Assembly (NCBI GenBank): GCA_023386645.1
Contig: JAEWJI010000007.1
Coordinates: 4,243-68,242, forward strand
Direction: 5' to 3'
DNA: 64,000 nucleotides
DNA from: Pseudomonadota bacterium
Lineage (GTDB): Bacteria; Pseudomonadota; Alphaproteobacteria; Caulobacterales; Caulobacteraceae
The notes beneath the pieces are model-generated. The model did no database searches. It saw only the letters and a list, made by a program, of their open reading frames with translations, and was not told the DNA's origin. The position numbers and the translations under genes were made by a program. This document shows, in pieces, positions 8,299 to 17,710 of the stretch (position 1 is its first letter; each line of letters starts with the position of its first letter).

Positions 8299-10359
8299 GT
8301 GCGAGGCCTCATGCGCGCCGCAGCCCGCCGCCTGCCCTTCGACCCTATGTTCCTCGTCATGGCCCTGGGCTGCGTGACGGCGGTGGGCGCGCTCGCCTAT
8401 CCGGCTTTCCGCTCCGATCCGTGGAGCGCGCCGGGGCTGATCCTGATCTTCACCACCGCCGCCATCGCCCTGGTCGGCCTGTTCGCCTTCGGGCGGGTGG
8501 ACGCACCGGCGCCCGCCGGCGACGTCCAGGTCGACATGCTGGACGCCATGAGCGAGCCGGCGGCGCTGATCCTCGGCTCCGGCCAGGTTCTCGCCTTCAA
8601 CGCGGCCTGGGCCTCGGAGAACGGCTCGGCCACCACGCTTCCGCGCGGCAAGTCGGCCCAGGCCCTCTACATGGCCTTCGCCCAGGCCCGGCGCGGCGAG
8701 CCCGGCCGCGCCATCGTCACCATTGGCGAACGCGAGCAGGAGGTGTCGATCGGGCAGGCGGGGCGGGGCCGCTTCCTCGTCCGGGCAGTGGTCGACGGGG
8801 CCGCGCCGGTGCTGGTCTCGGGCGAGCCGCGTCGCGCCCAGGCCTCCACGGGCGACGCCCGGGCCATGGCGGCCGGCGCCCCCTTTGGCTCGGCGGTGAT
8901 CGGCGGCGACGACATCTTCTCCGGCAGGGCCGAGGAAGCCAATCCGGCGCTCCAGGTCCTGACGGGCCCGGCGGCCGCCCGCGACGCCGCCTTCGGCCAC
9001 CTGTTCGAGCCGGCCGGGGTGACCGAGGCCCGGGCCCGCATGGCCGCCGGCTCCACCGGCCCGATCGAGCTGGTCGCCCGCGCCCACCCCGACCGGATGC
9101 TCCACCTCTATGTCGCGCCCGAAGGCGACAAGCGGCGCATCTGGCTGTTCGACGTCTCCCAGCAGAAGTCGATGGAGCTCCAGCTCTCCCAGGCCCAGAA
9201 GATGCAGGCGGTGGGCCAGCTGGCGGGCGGCGTGGCCCACGACTTCAACAACCTGCTGACCGCCATCCAGCTGCAGCTGTCGGGCCTGCTCGAGCGCCAT
9301 CCGGTCGGCGATCCCTCCTACGAGGGCTTGAACGAGATCCGCCAGACCGCCATCCGCGCCGCGGACCTGGTGCGCAAGCTGCTGGCCTTCTCGCGCAAGT
9401 CGACCGTGCGGCGCGAGCGGCTGGACCTCGGCGAACTGGTCGGGGAGTTCGCCGTCCTGCTTCGGCGGCTGCTGCGCGAGGACGTGCGGCTGGAGACCGA
9501 CTACGGCCGCGACCTGCCGGTCGTCCTGGCCGACAAGAGCCAGCTCGAGACGGCGGTGATGAATTTGGCCGTCAATGCGCGCGACGCCATGCGCGGGGTG
9601 GTCGAGCCCGGCGACGCGGTGGTCACCATCAAGACCCGCCGGCTGACCAGCGAGGACGCCCGCGCGCTCGGCTGGCGCGAGGCCCCCGAGGCGCCCGACG
9701 GCCTGGCCATGATCGAGGTCTCCGACACCGGTCCCGGCGTTCCGCCCGAGCTGCTGGACAAGATATTCGAGCCCTTCTTCACCACCAAGGCGGTCAACGA
9801 GGGCACCGGCATGGGCCTGGCCACCGTCTACGGCATCGCGCAGCAGGCCGGGGGCCATATCGCGGTCGCCAATATCCCCGGCGCGGGGGCCGCCTTCCGC
9901 CTGTTCCTCCCGGCCGCCGGAGAGGCGGCGCTGGCCGAGGCCGCGCCGGTCGAGCCCAAGGTCGTCAAGGCCCCGCGCGACCTGGCCGGTTCGGGCCGAA
10001 TCCTGTTCGTCGAGGACGAGGCCGCCGTGCGCGGCATCGCCGCCCGCCTGCTGCGCCAGCGCGGTTATGAAGTCATCGAGGCCGCCGACGGCGAGGAGGC
10101 CCTGGCCCTGGCCGAGGAGCACGCCGGCCAGATCGACATGCTGATCTCCGACGTCATCATGCCGGGGCTGGACGGCCCGTCCCTGCTCAAGAAGGCCCGG
10201 CCCTACCTGGGCGACGCCCCGGTCATGTTCATCTCCGGCTACGCCGAGAGCGACTTCTCCGACCTCCTCCAGGACGAGGCCGGCGTCTCCTTCCTGCCCA
10301 AGCCGCTCGACATCAAGACCCTCGCCGAGCGCGTGAAAGCGGAGCTGCGGGCGGGGTAG
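8299..10359 (+). CDS. cckA: hybrid sensor histidine kinase/response regulator, CckA-like
   Basis: Two N-terminal TM helices, PAS-like region, H-box [14 protein letters not shown], HATPase G-boxes, and a C-terminal receiver (ILFVEDE...[14 protein letters not shown]...KPL). It follows flhB as cckA does in Caulobacter, as I recall. ATG 8311 is an alternative start. Confidence 0.8.
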   Translation: MRGLMRAAARRLPFDPMFLVMALGCVTAVGALAYPAFRSDPWSAPGLILIFTTAAIALVGLFAFGRVDAPAPAGDVQVDMLDAMSEPAALILGSGQVLAFNAAWASENGSATTLPRGKSAQALYMAFAQARRGEPGRAIVTIGEREQEVSIGQAGRGRFLVRAVVDGAAPVLVSGEPRRAQASTGDARAMAAGAPFGSAVIGGDDIFSGRAEEANPALQVLTGPAAARDAAFGHLFEPAGVTEARARMAAGSTGPIELVARAHPDRMLHLYVAPEGDKRRIWLFDVSQQKSMELQLSQAQKMQAVGQLAGGVAHDFNNLLTAIQLQLSGLLERHPVGDPSYEGLNEIRQTAIRAADLVRKLLAFSRKSTVRRERLDLGELVGEFAVLLRRLLREDVRLETDYGRDLPVVLADKSQLETAVMNLAVNARDAMRGVVEPGDAVVTIKTRRLTSEDARALGWREAPEAPDGLAMIEVSDTGPGVPPELLDKIFEPFFTTKAVNEGTGMGLATVYGIAQQAGGHIAVANIPGAGAAFRLFLPAAGEAALAEAAPVEPKVVKAPRDLAGSGRILFVEDEAAVRGIAARLLRQRGYEVIEAADGEEALALAEEHAGQIDMLISDVIMPGLDGPSLLKKARPYLGDAPVMFISGYAESDFSDLLQDEAGVSFLPKPLDIKTLAERVKAELRAG

Positions 10360-10371
10360 GCTCCCAGTTTT

Positions 10372-10420
10372 TCCTCCCCACGCCTGCGATGGGGAGGGGG
10401 ACCACGAAGTCGTGGAGGGG
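10372..10420. repeat. single unit (B-type) of the dispersed double-hairpin repeat
   Basis: tcctccccacgcctgcgatggggagggggaccacgaagtcgtggagggg lies immediately after the cckA stop. It has the same two-hairpin plan as 19631..19681 and 46508..46556. Confidence 0.8.
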
Positions 10421-10477
10421 CTCGTGGGCCGCGAAGGACAGAACCCCTCCGTCTCGGCCGCTGACGCGTCCGATGCG

Positions 10478-10506
10478 CCTCCCCAATCGCTTCGCTCCTG
10501 GGGAGG
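10478..10506. repeat. cctcccca/tggggagg hairpin
   Basis: cctccccaatcgcttcgctcctggggagg. Confidence 0.7.
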
Positions 10507-10584
10507 AGAAGTCTTTCCGATATTTCACTTGCCGCCGTGCGGCCGCCGCCTTCCACTGCCGGCCGCATTTCGGGGAGCCCTTCC

Positions 10585-12411
10585 ATGATCAACCGTCGTC
10601 GCCTGCTCCAGTCCTCCGCCGCCGGCCTGGGGCTGGCCGCCGCGGGCGGGTCCGTCCTGGCCCAGGTCGCCGGCGGGGCCGCTGAACAGACGCCGCTGCG
10701 CGTCTGGATGGACCAGGCGTTCGAGCGCACCCTGGACCTCAGCCCCGAGACCGTCACCGCCCTGGGCCTCGACCGGGGCGCCCGCGCCGCCGCCAAGTCC
10801 CTGCTGACCGCGCCCACGCCCGAGAACGAGGAGAAGGGCCGGAGGCACTATCTCACCGGCCGGGCCGAACTGGCGGCCATGGACCGTTCGTCGATGACGG
10901 AGCGGGACCAGATCTATTACGACAGCATCGTCGCCAATATGGACGCGGTGATCGCGACCTTCGACGTCCCCTATGGCCAGGGCGGCTGGCCCAACGTCTA
11001 TCGCGTCAGCCAGCAGGACGGCGCCTATTCCAGCACCCCGGCCTTCCTGGCCAACCAGCACACGATCGAGACCGCCGCCGACGCCGACGCCTACGTCTCG
11101 CGGATCGCCGCCTTCGCCGACGTGCTGAACGCCGAGACCGACCGCCTGCGCGAGGAGCAGGCCCTGGGCGTCATCCCGCCGGACTTCGTGCTCGCCAAGG
11201 CCATTGCCCAGCAGGAGGGCATGGTCGCCATCCCGGCCGCCTCTTCGCCCATGGTCGAGGCCGTCGTCGGCCGCGCGGCCGCCAAGGGCCTGACCGGCGA
11301 GTGGGGCGCCCGGGTCGAACGCCTGCTGGCCGAGCGGGTCTATCCGGCCCTGTCGGCACAGACCGAGGCCCTGAAGGCGGTCCAGCCGCGCGCTGGCCAC
11401 GACGCCTCGGTCCGGCGCCTGCCCCGGGGCGAGGAGTACTACCGCAACAGCCTGCGCTTCATCACCACCACCGACCTCAGCCCCGACGAGATCCATCGCG
11501 TCGGCCGCGAGCAGATGGCCGAGCTGACCGCCCGGGCCGAGCCCCTGCTGGCCGCGCAAGGGATGACGCGGGGGTCCGTGGCCGAACGGATCGCGGCCAT
11601 GGCGCGCGATCCGCGCCACATCGCCCCCAACACGGATGCGGCCAAGGACGCGCTGATCGGTCGTCTGAACGACCAGATGCAGGCCATGCAGTCGCGTCTG
11701 CCGAAAGCCTTCGGCCGGCTTCCGCGCGCCACGGCGGAGATCAAGCGGGTGCCGCCCTCGATCGAGCAGGGCGCGCCGCTGGGCTACTACAACTCCCCCA
11801 GCCTGGATGGGACGCGGCCTGGCATCTACTGGATCAACCTGAAGGACACGGCCGACTGGCCGGAATGGACCCTGCCGACCCTGACCTATCACGAGGCGTC
11901 GCCGGGCCATCACCTGCAGATCGCGCTCCAGCAGGAGAGCCCTTCGGCCCCCATGCTGATGAACCTGCTGTTCTTCTCGGCCTTCTCCGAGGGCTGGGGT
12001 CTGTACGCCGAACAGCTGGCGGACGAGCTCGGCGCCTACGAGGACGATCCGGCCGGCCAGATCGGCTATCTGCAGTCGCTGATGTTCCGCTCGGCCCGCC
12101 TGGTGGTCGACACCGGCATCCACCACCTGGGCTGGAGCCGCGAGGACGGCATCCGCTATATGGTCGAGAACTACGGCGACACCGAAGGCGGGGCGACGTC
12201 CGAGGTCGAGCGCTACTGCTCATGGCCGGGCCAGGCCTGCGCCTACAAGGTCGGCCACAACGAGTGGATCCGCCTGCGCGAAAAGGCCCGCACCCAGCTG
12301 GGCGCCCGCTTCGACATCAAGGACTTTCACGACACCACCCTGGCGGTCGGCAGCGTGCCGCTGTCGGTCCTGGAGCGGGTGGTCGACGGCTGGATCGCGT
12401 CGAAGGCCTAG
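10585..12411 (+). CDS. DUF885 family protein (Tat-exported)
   Basis: Twin-arginine signal MINRRRLLQSSAAGLGLAAAGG. DUF885 signature LTYHEASPGHHLQ. ATG 10585 inside ORF 10537..12411. Confidence 0.85.
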   Translation: MINRRRLLQSSAAGLGLAAAGGSVLAQVAGGAAEQTPLRVWMDQAFERTLDLSPETVTALGLDRGARAAAKSLLTAPTPENEEKGRRHYLTGRAELAAMDRSSMTERDQIYYDSIVANMDAVIATFDVPYGQGGWPNVYRVSQQDGAYSSTPAFLANQHTIETAADADAYVSRIAAFADVLNAETDRLREEQALGVIPPDFVLAKAIAQQEGMVAIPAASSPMVEAVVGRAAAKGLTGEWGARVERLLAERVYPALSAQTEALKAVQPRAGHDASVRRLPRGEEYYRNSLRFITTTDLSPDEIHRVGREQMAELTARAEPLLAAQGMTRGSVAERIAAMARDPRHIAPNTDAAKDALIGRLNDQMQAMQSRLPKAFGRLPRATAEIKRVPPSIEQGAPLGYYNSPSLDGTRPGIYWINLKDTADWPEWTLPTLTYHEASPGHHLQIALQQESPSAPMLMNLLFFSAFSEGWGLYAEQLADELGAYEDDPAGQIGYLQSLMFRSARLVVDTGIHHLGWSREDGIRYMVENYGDTEGGATSEVERYCSWPGQACAYKVGHNEWIRLREKARTQLGARFDIKDFHDTTLAVGSVPLSVLERVVDGWIASKA

Positions 12412-12662
12412 TCGCGGTGGCGGCGCGGGCGGTGCTCGCGCCGGTCGTGCCGATGCCGCCTGTGGTCCCCGCACCGCTGGAGGGTCGCGCCCGAAGGCGT
12501 CGTGTACCAGCTGCAGTTGTCCAGCATGGCGTCGTACAGGGCGATGTCCGCCGCCAGTCCCAGCGCCTCCCAGAACACCGGGTCATGGGCGCAGGCCGAG
12601 GTCAGCAGACCCGCCGCGGCTACGGCGGCGGCGGATCGGGCGCGGGAGGCGGAGCGGGGCAT
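12408..12662 (-). CDS. small putative lipoprotein with His/Arg-rich tail
   Basis: 84-aa ORF with strong third-position GC bias and a lipobox-like LLTSAC. C-terminus is HRRHRHDRREHRPRRHRD. No convincing RBS. Confidence 0.4.
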   Translation of the reverse strand: MPRSASRARSAAAVAAAGLLTSACAHDPVFWEALGLAADIALYDAMLDNCSWYTTPSGATLQRCGDHRRHRHDRREHRPRRHRD

Positions 12663-12724
12663 GAGGTCAGGATGGGCCTTGGCTGCCCGCTCGGCGACCG
12701 TCCAAAACTGATCGCCCCTGCCTC

Positions 12725-12839
12725 TCCGCTCATCCCCGCGAAGGCGGGGGCCCAGTCCTCTGAGTGACGGAGCCCGTGCCCGCCGATCCCACCCTTGAGG
12801 ATGCAGCCCTGGGTCCCCGCCTTCGCGGGGATGAGCGGA
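12725..12839. repeat. REP-like inverted doublet (PAKAGAQ-type arms)
   Basis: The arms tccgctcatccccgcgaaggcgggggcccag (12725..12755) and ctgggtccccgccttcgcggggatgagcgga (12809..12839) are reverse complements with 1 mismatch. Each arm holds a ccccgc-gaag-gcgggg hairpin. Confidence 0.85.
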
Positions 12840-12853
12840 TCCAGAAGCCGGGC

Positions 12854-13762
12854 TCAGCCCACCACCATCCCCTCCGCCTTGCGCAGGCGGTTGTGGATGT
12901 CGGTCCCGGCCACCGCCGCCTCGGCCGTCGCCACCGCGATCTGGTTAAGCCCCCGCACGACGTCGCCGGCGGCGTAGAGGCCCTCGACGCTGGTCATCTG
13001 GTGGGCGTCGACGAACAGGCGGCCGTCCTCGCCCAGCCTGGCCCCCAGCCCCTGCGCCAGCTCCGCGTTCGGCGAGGTGCCCAGCGCCGAATAGACCAGG
13101 TCGAAGGCGTGATGCCCGCCATCCCAGCCCAGGGCCGTCACCCGGTCGCCCTCGAGCTCGACGTTCTCCAGGGGCGCGCAGACCAGCTGGACCCCCAGCC
13201 GTTCCAGCTCCGCCTGGCAGGTCAGTTTCTCGCGCGGTCCGATGTGGACCAGGGTCACCCGCTCGGAATAGGTGCGCAGGTAGGCGGCCTCTCGCCCGCC
13301 CTTGTCGTCCTCGCCGATGATGGCGACGGACTTGTCGGTGGCCTCATAGCCGTCGCAGATCGGACAGATGCGGACCAGGGCCCGCTGTATGGCTCGCTCG
13401 ACCCCCGGCAGGTCCGGGTGGTGATCCACCACCCCCGTGGCCAACAATACCGCCCGGGCCGCCACCTGACGTCCGTTGATCGTGGCGCAAAACACATCGC
13501 CGTCGCGGGTCAGTGCCTCGACCCGCCCCGCCTCGATGGCCGCGCCATATTCCTCGGCCTGTTCGCGTAAGCGCCCCAGGATGGCGTCGCCGGTGATGCC
13601 CTTGGGAAACCCCGGCATGTTGTGGCTGAGCGGGATCCAGCTCGCGCGGGGATCGCCCCCGTTGGCCACCAGCACCCGTCGCCGAAATCGGGTCAGATAG
13701 ACGGCGGCGGTCAGGCCCGCGGGCCCCGCCCCCACGATCAGGACATCGACCTTATTGCGCAC
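12854..13762 (-). CDS. thioredoxin-reductase-like NAD(P)/FAD-dependent oxidoreductase
   Basis: DVLIVGAGPAGLTAAVY dinucleotide fold, CPICDG redox-type motif, C-terminal AAGDV motif. GTG start overlaps the upstream gene by 11 nt. Confidence 0.85.
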   Translation of the reverse strand: MRNKVDVLIVGAGPAGLTAAVYLTRFRRRVLVANGGDPRASWIPLSHNMPGFPKGITGDAILGRLREQAEEYGAAIEAGRVEALTRDGDVFCATINGRQVAARAVLLATGVVDHHPDLPGVERAIQRALVRICPICDGYEATDKSVAIIGEDDKGGREAAYLRTYSERVTLVHIGPREKLTCQAELERLGVQLVCAPLENVELEGDRVTALGWDGGHHAFDLVYSALGTSPNAELAQGLGARLGEDGRLFVDAHQMTSVEGLYAAGDVVRGLNQIAVATAEAAVAGTDIHNRLRKAEGMVVG

Positions 13763-14879
13763 GGGTTCTCCAGGTTGTGGGCCACAGATCGCTGACCATG
13801 CCGATGCAGTCCCCCATCACCCGCTCCCCAGCCAGCACGAAGTCCCGGCCGGTCCAGGTCCAGCGGTGCTCGACGCCGCAGTCGCCGATGCCGCGCGCCT
13901 TGGCGAACTGGCTCAGCGTCCGGGTCGCGGCGTCATAGTCGGCGTTGGTCAGCTCCAGGTCGCTGGCCTGTTCGTCATCGCCCCCGCCTTCGGTCCCCTT
14001 CAGGCGCAGCTGGACCGGGTTGGCCCCGCCCGCGTCGGTCAGGAACTGCAGGGTGATCAGGTTGTAGGCGCCGGCGTCGCAGGGCACGAGCCACAGTTCC
14101 TTGTCCCCGGCCAGCCGCGCGGCCTGGACGTAGTCGAGCAGGGAGGGGTTGAACTCCAGGTTCCGGCGGCACTGGGCGACCGCCGGCAGGGCCGACAGGC
14201 CGGCGGGCAGGGGGAAGTATCTGGGCTCGGCCTCGGGGTCGGCCGGTTGGGAGAACGGGCCCTGGTCGACCGCCGGCGCGGCGGCGACGAGCGGCAGCGA
14301 CGGGGCCGCCCGGACCGCCGAGGCCGGGCGCTCGCCGATGCGCACCAGGGCGGTGGTGGTGTTCAGCCGCCCCTGCTTCTCGTCGATCCACAGAAGGGCC
14401 GCCGCCGCCCCGTTTAGGCTGACGGTCGTGGGCTCCTCGCCGTCGATCGACAGGGCCAGGCTCCGGCCCTGCGCCAGGGCCCGCGCCGCCGCCAGGCCGT
14501 CGCTGATCCGGGCCGAATAGCCATCCTCCTCCACCGTGCTGGGCCAAGCGCGCCCATCCAGGGCCGCCGTCACCGGCCGCTGTTGGCCGCCGAGGTCGTT
14601 CATGGCCGCGACATGAACCAGAGGCGTCGCCTGCGGCCCGGCCGGGTATTCGACCCTGACCCAGCCGACCGCGCCGTCGCCCTTGCCATAGGCGACGCAG
14701 CGCAGCCCGTTGTCGCAGATGGCCGTCCAGTCGCCGAAGCTGCGCGTCTCGGGCGCGATGGCCGCCGCCGCCGCCGCCTGCGCCACGCCGCCCGCGTCGC
14801 CTGACGCGGCCTTCCCCTCGCCCTGGCCGCAGGCGGTCAGCCCCAAGATCGCGGCGGTGATGATGACGGCGTTGCGCAT
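13752..14879 (-). CDS. putative lipoprotein (DUF1176-like)
   Basis: Lipobox ILGLTACG. Cys-containing motifs FGDWTAICDNGLRCVAYG and CDAGAYN resemble DUF1176 as I remember it. Confidence 0.65.
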   Translation of the reverse strand: MRNAVIITAAILGLTACGQGEGKAASGDAGGVAQAAAAAAIAPETRSFGDWTAICDNGLRCVAYGKGDGAVGWVRVEYPAGPQATPLVHVAAMNDLGGQQRPVTAALDGRAWPSTVEEDGYSARISDGLAAARALAQGRSLALSIDGEEPTTVSLNGAAAALLWIDEKQGRLNTTTALVRIGERPASAVRAAPSLPLVAAAPAVDQGPFSQPADPEAEPRYFPLPAGLSALPAVAQCRRNLEFNPSLLDYVQAARLAGDKELWLVPCDAGAYNLITLQFLTDAGGANPVQLRLKGTEGGGDDEQASDLELTNADYDAATRTLSQFAKARGIGDCGVEHRWTWTGRDFVLAGERVMGDCIGMVSDLWPTTWRTRAQ

Positions 14880-14897
14880 GGTTCCCCCTTGGCGTTC

Positions 14898-15110
14898 TCA
14901 GGCCTTGCGCAGCGCCTCGGGCTTGTGCGCGGCCCGCGCGCCGGTCTTGGCGCTCTCGACCAGATACTCCGGGTTGTCGGGGGACGCCGCAACCTCGTGG
15001 CCCTTGATCCGGGTCGGGCGGGTCAGCTTCCTGACCACCTTTCCCGTCGTCGCGCCCTGGCTGTGGTCCCACTTCACCCGGTCGCCGGCCTTGTACGTCT
15101 TCTCGGTCAT
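14898..15110 (-). CDS. DUF2945-like small protein
   Basis: 70 aa from ATG 15110 (MTEKTYKAGDRVKWDHSQGATTGKVVRKLT...), a small SH3/Tudor-like family. The upstream part of ORF 14898..15203 was discarded. Confidence 0.7.
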   Translation of the reverse strand: MTEKTYKAGDRVKWDHSQGATTGKVVRKLTRPTRIKGHEVAASPDNPEYLVESAKTGARAAHKPEALRKA

Positions 15111-15235
15111 CGCGCGCTCCTGTCGGCTCATGACAGCGGACGGGGCGGCCGGCGGTTCCGGCCTTTGCGCAGCGCCCGCCCGGTCGCTATACCGCCGCCA
15201 CACTTCCAGACCCTCCCACCGACAGGACGCGCTTC

Positions 15236-16456
15236 ATGGCCAAGATCAAGGTCGACAACCCCATCGTCGACATCGACGGCGACGAGATGACCCGGATCAT
15301 CTGGCAGATGATCAAGGACAAGCTGGTCTTCCCGTTCCTGGACCTTGAGCTCGACTACTACGACCTGGGCATGGAGCACCGCGACGCCACCGACGACCAG
15401 GTGACGATCGACGCCGCCGAGGCCATCAAGCGGCACGGTGTCGGCGTGAAGTGCGCCACCATCACCCCCGATGAGGCGCGGGTGAAGGAGTTCAACCTCA
15501 AGAAGATGTGGAAGTCGCCGAACGGCACCATCCGCAACATCCTGGGCGGCGTGGTCTTCCGCGAGCCGATCATCTGCTCGAACGTGCCCCGCCTGGTGCC
15601 CGGCTGGACCCAGCCGATCGTCGTCGGCCGCCACGCCTTTGGCGACCAGTACAAGGCCACCGACTTCCTGATGCCGGGAGCCGGGACGCTGTCGATCAAG
15701 TTCGTCGGCGACGACGGCCAGGTGATCGAGCACGAGGTGTTCAAGTCGCCGGGCGCCGGCGTCGCCATGGGCATGTACAACCTCGATGTCTCGATCACCG
15801 AGTTCGCCCGCGCGTCCTTCGCCTACGGTCTGAACCGCAACTATCCGGTCTATCTGTCGACCAAGAACACGATCCTGAAAGCCTACGACGGCCGCTTCAA
15901 GGACATCTTCCAGAAGGTGTTCGACGAGGAGTTCAAGGCCGAGTTCGACGCGCGCGGCCTGACCTACGAGCATCGTCTGATCGACGACATGGTGGCCGCC
16001 GCCATCAAGTGGTCGGGCGGCTTCGTCTGGGCGTGCAAGAACTACGACGGCGACGTGCAGTCGGACGTGGTGGCCCAGGGCTTTGGTTCGCTGGGCCTGA
16101 TGACCTCGGTCCTGATGACCCCGGACGGCAAGATCCTGGAATCGGAAGCCGCCCACGGCACCGTCACCCGCCACTATCGCCAGCACCAGAAGGGCGAGGC
16201 GACCTCGACCAACTCGATCGCTTCGATCTACGCCTGGACGCGCGGCTTCAAGCATCGCGGCAAGCTGGACGGCAACCAGGCCCTCATCACCTTCGCCGAG
16301 ACCCTCGAACGGGTCGTGGTCGAGACCGTCGAGGCCGGCTTCATGACCAAGGACCTGGCCCTCCTGGTCGGCGACCAGCAGGGCTGGCTGACCACCGAGG
16401 GCTTCCTCGACAAGGTGGCCGAGAACCTGAACGCCGCGATGGCCCAGGCGGCCTGA
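15236..16456 (+). CDS. icd: NADP-dependent isocitrate dehydrogenase (eukaryote-like homodimeric type)
   Basis: 406 aa. [23 protein letters not shown] and [31 protein letters not shown] are diagnostic. Confidence 0.95.
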   Translation: MAKIKVDNPIVDIDGDEMTRIIWQMIKDKLVFPFLDLELDYYDLGMEHRDATDDQVTIDAAEAIKRHGVGVKCATITPDEARVKEFNLKKMWKSPNGTIRNILGGVVFREPIICSNVPRLVPGWTQPIVVGRHAFGDQYKATDFLMPGAGTLSIKFVGDDGQVIEHEVFKSPGAGVAMGMYNLDVSITEFARASFAYGLNRNYPVYLSTKNTILKAYDGRFKDIFQKVFDEEFKAEFDARGLTYEHRLIDDMVAAAIKWSGGFVWACKNYDGDVQSDVVAQGFGSLGLMTSVLMTPDGKILESEAAHGTVTRHYRQHQKGEATSTNSIASIYAWTRGFKHRGKLDGNQALITFAETLERVVVETVEAGFMTKDLALLVGDQQGWLTTEGFLDKVAENLNAAMAQAA

Positions 16457-16461
16457 CGGAT

Positions 16462-16495
16462 ATCTCCTCCCCATCGCAGGCGATGGGGAGGAGAT
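16462..16495 (+). terminator. 15-bp perfect hairpin after icd (no U-tract)
   Basis: atctcctccccatcg-cagg-cgatggggaggagat lies 6 nt after the icd stop. It belongs to the cctcccca/tggggagg family. Confidence 0.55.
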
Positions 16496-16569
16496 TCGCG
16501 CCCTGGTCGCTCTCGCGTTGAGCCGCCCCCCGCTTCGTGCATTGATGCGCCCATGAACGGGGGCTCGCG

Positions 16570-17109
16570 GTGAAGATCATCGGCAAACTGCTGCTGGCGG
16601 CGCTCGTGGTCGCCGTCGTCTGCTTCTTCGCCGCCCCCGCCGTGGGGTTCTTCGCCATCCGCTCGGCGGCGGATTCCAATGACGTCCAGGGCCTGGCCCG
16701 ACTGATCGACTACGGCGCGGTGCGCCAGTCCCTGCGGCCCCAGCTGAGCGGCGACCCGGCCGCCCGCGTCCCGCCGCCTTCCTTCCTTGAGGACCCTATC
16801 GGGGCCGTCCGTCGCCAGCTCGATGACGCGGCGCCGCCGCTGGTCGCCGAGACCGACGCCTATCTGACCCCGTCGGCTTTGGCCGCTCTCAGCCGAGGCG
16901 AGGGCCGGGCCTCGGTCCGCCTCGGCGCGGTCGAGCGCGATCCGCTTCCGACGCCCGTCTACTGGAGCGTCAACCGCGCCCGGATGGCGGTGGCGGACGA
17001 GGCCGGGGCCCGCACGATCTTCACCTTCGAGCGGCGCGGTCCCTTCGAATGGAAACTGGTCCACATCGGCCTGCCTGAACCGGCGCGCCCCGCTCCGCGG
17101 AGGAACTGA
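16570..17109 (+). CDS. DUF2939 family membrane-anchored protein
   Basis: N-terminal TM anchor, then IRSAADSNDVQGLARLIDYGAVRQSLRPQL, typical of DUF2939. GTG start. Confidence 0.72.
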   Translation: MKIIGKLLLAALVVAVVCFFAAPAVGFFAIRSAADSNDVQGLARLIDYGAVRQSLRPQLSGDPAARVPPPSFLEDPIGAVRRQLDDAAPPLVAETDAYLTPSALAALSRGEGRASVRLGAVERDPLPTPVYWSVNRARMAVADEAGARTIFTFERRGPFEWKLVHIGLPEPARPAPRRN

Positions 17110-17110
17110 C

Positions 17111-17656
17111 ATGGGCAAGCGCTTGATCACCTGGCTGATCGTCGTCGGGGCGCTCGGCCTCGTCGGCTTCTATTTCGCCTCGCCGCTGCTGGCGGTGCAC
17201 AATCTGGTCGAGGCGGCCAAGGCGGGCGATGCCCGCCGCCTGGAACGGATGGTCGACTTCCCAGCCTTCCGCGACAGCCTGAAGGCCGAGCTGGGCGCCG
17301 AGGTCCGCGACCGGATCAGCGACCGGCTGGGCGAGGAGGCCGGCGGCCTGGCGGGCCTGGGAATGATGTTCGCTCCGGCCATCGTGTCAGGCGCGGTGGA
17401 CGCCCTGGTCACGCCCCAAAGCGTCGCCGCCATGGTCCAGACCGCCGAGGCCCCGACCCCGTCCAACCCGCGCCCGCGCGCCGAAACCGGCGAGGGCGAC
17501 GACATCCGCCGGGCCTACGCCTACCGGGGGCTGGACGAGTTCGTCCTCACCCTGACCGACCCGGACTACCCCGACCGCCGGCTAGACTTGTTGATGCAGC
17601 GCCGGGGGGTGTTCAGCTGGAAGCTTGTCGGCCTGGACATCGACCCGGAGCGATAG
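17111..17656 (+). CDS. DUF2939 family membrane-anchored protein (tandem paralog)
   Basis: GGAGG RBS. TM anchor, then VHNLVEAAKAGDARRLERMVDFPAFRDSLKAEL. Same architecture as the preceding gene. Confidence 0.75.
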   Translation: MGKRLITWLIVVGALGLVGFYFASPLLAVHNLVEAAKAGDARRLERMVDFPAFRDSLKAELGAEVRDRISDRLGEEAGGLAGLGMMFAPAIVSGAVDALVTPQSVAAMVQTAEAPTPSNPRPRAETGEGDDIRRAYAYRGLDEFVLTLTDPDYPDRRLDLLMQRRGVFSWKLVGLDIDPER

Positions 17657-17668
17657 TCGCCGAAACTA

Positions 17669-17695
17669 TCCTCCCCATCTTGCGGATGGGGAGGA
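17669..17695. terminator. hairpin between convergent genes
   Basis: tcctccccatc-ttgcg-gatggggagga between stops at 17656 and 17711. Confidence 0.5.
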
Positions 17696-17710
17696 GAAGC
17701 GTCGGTCTCC

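Noticed and set aside
8170-10122. Upstream 650 codons of ORF 7651..10122 (minus strand)
   Set aside because: This part is antisense to cckA. Only the last 172 codons, starting at a lipoprotein signal peptide, look like a real gene.
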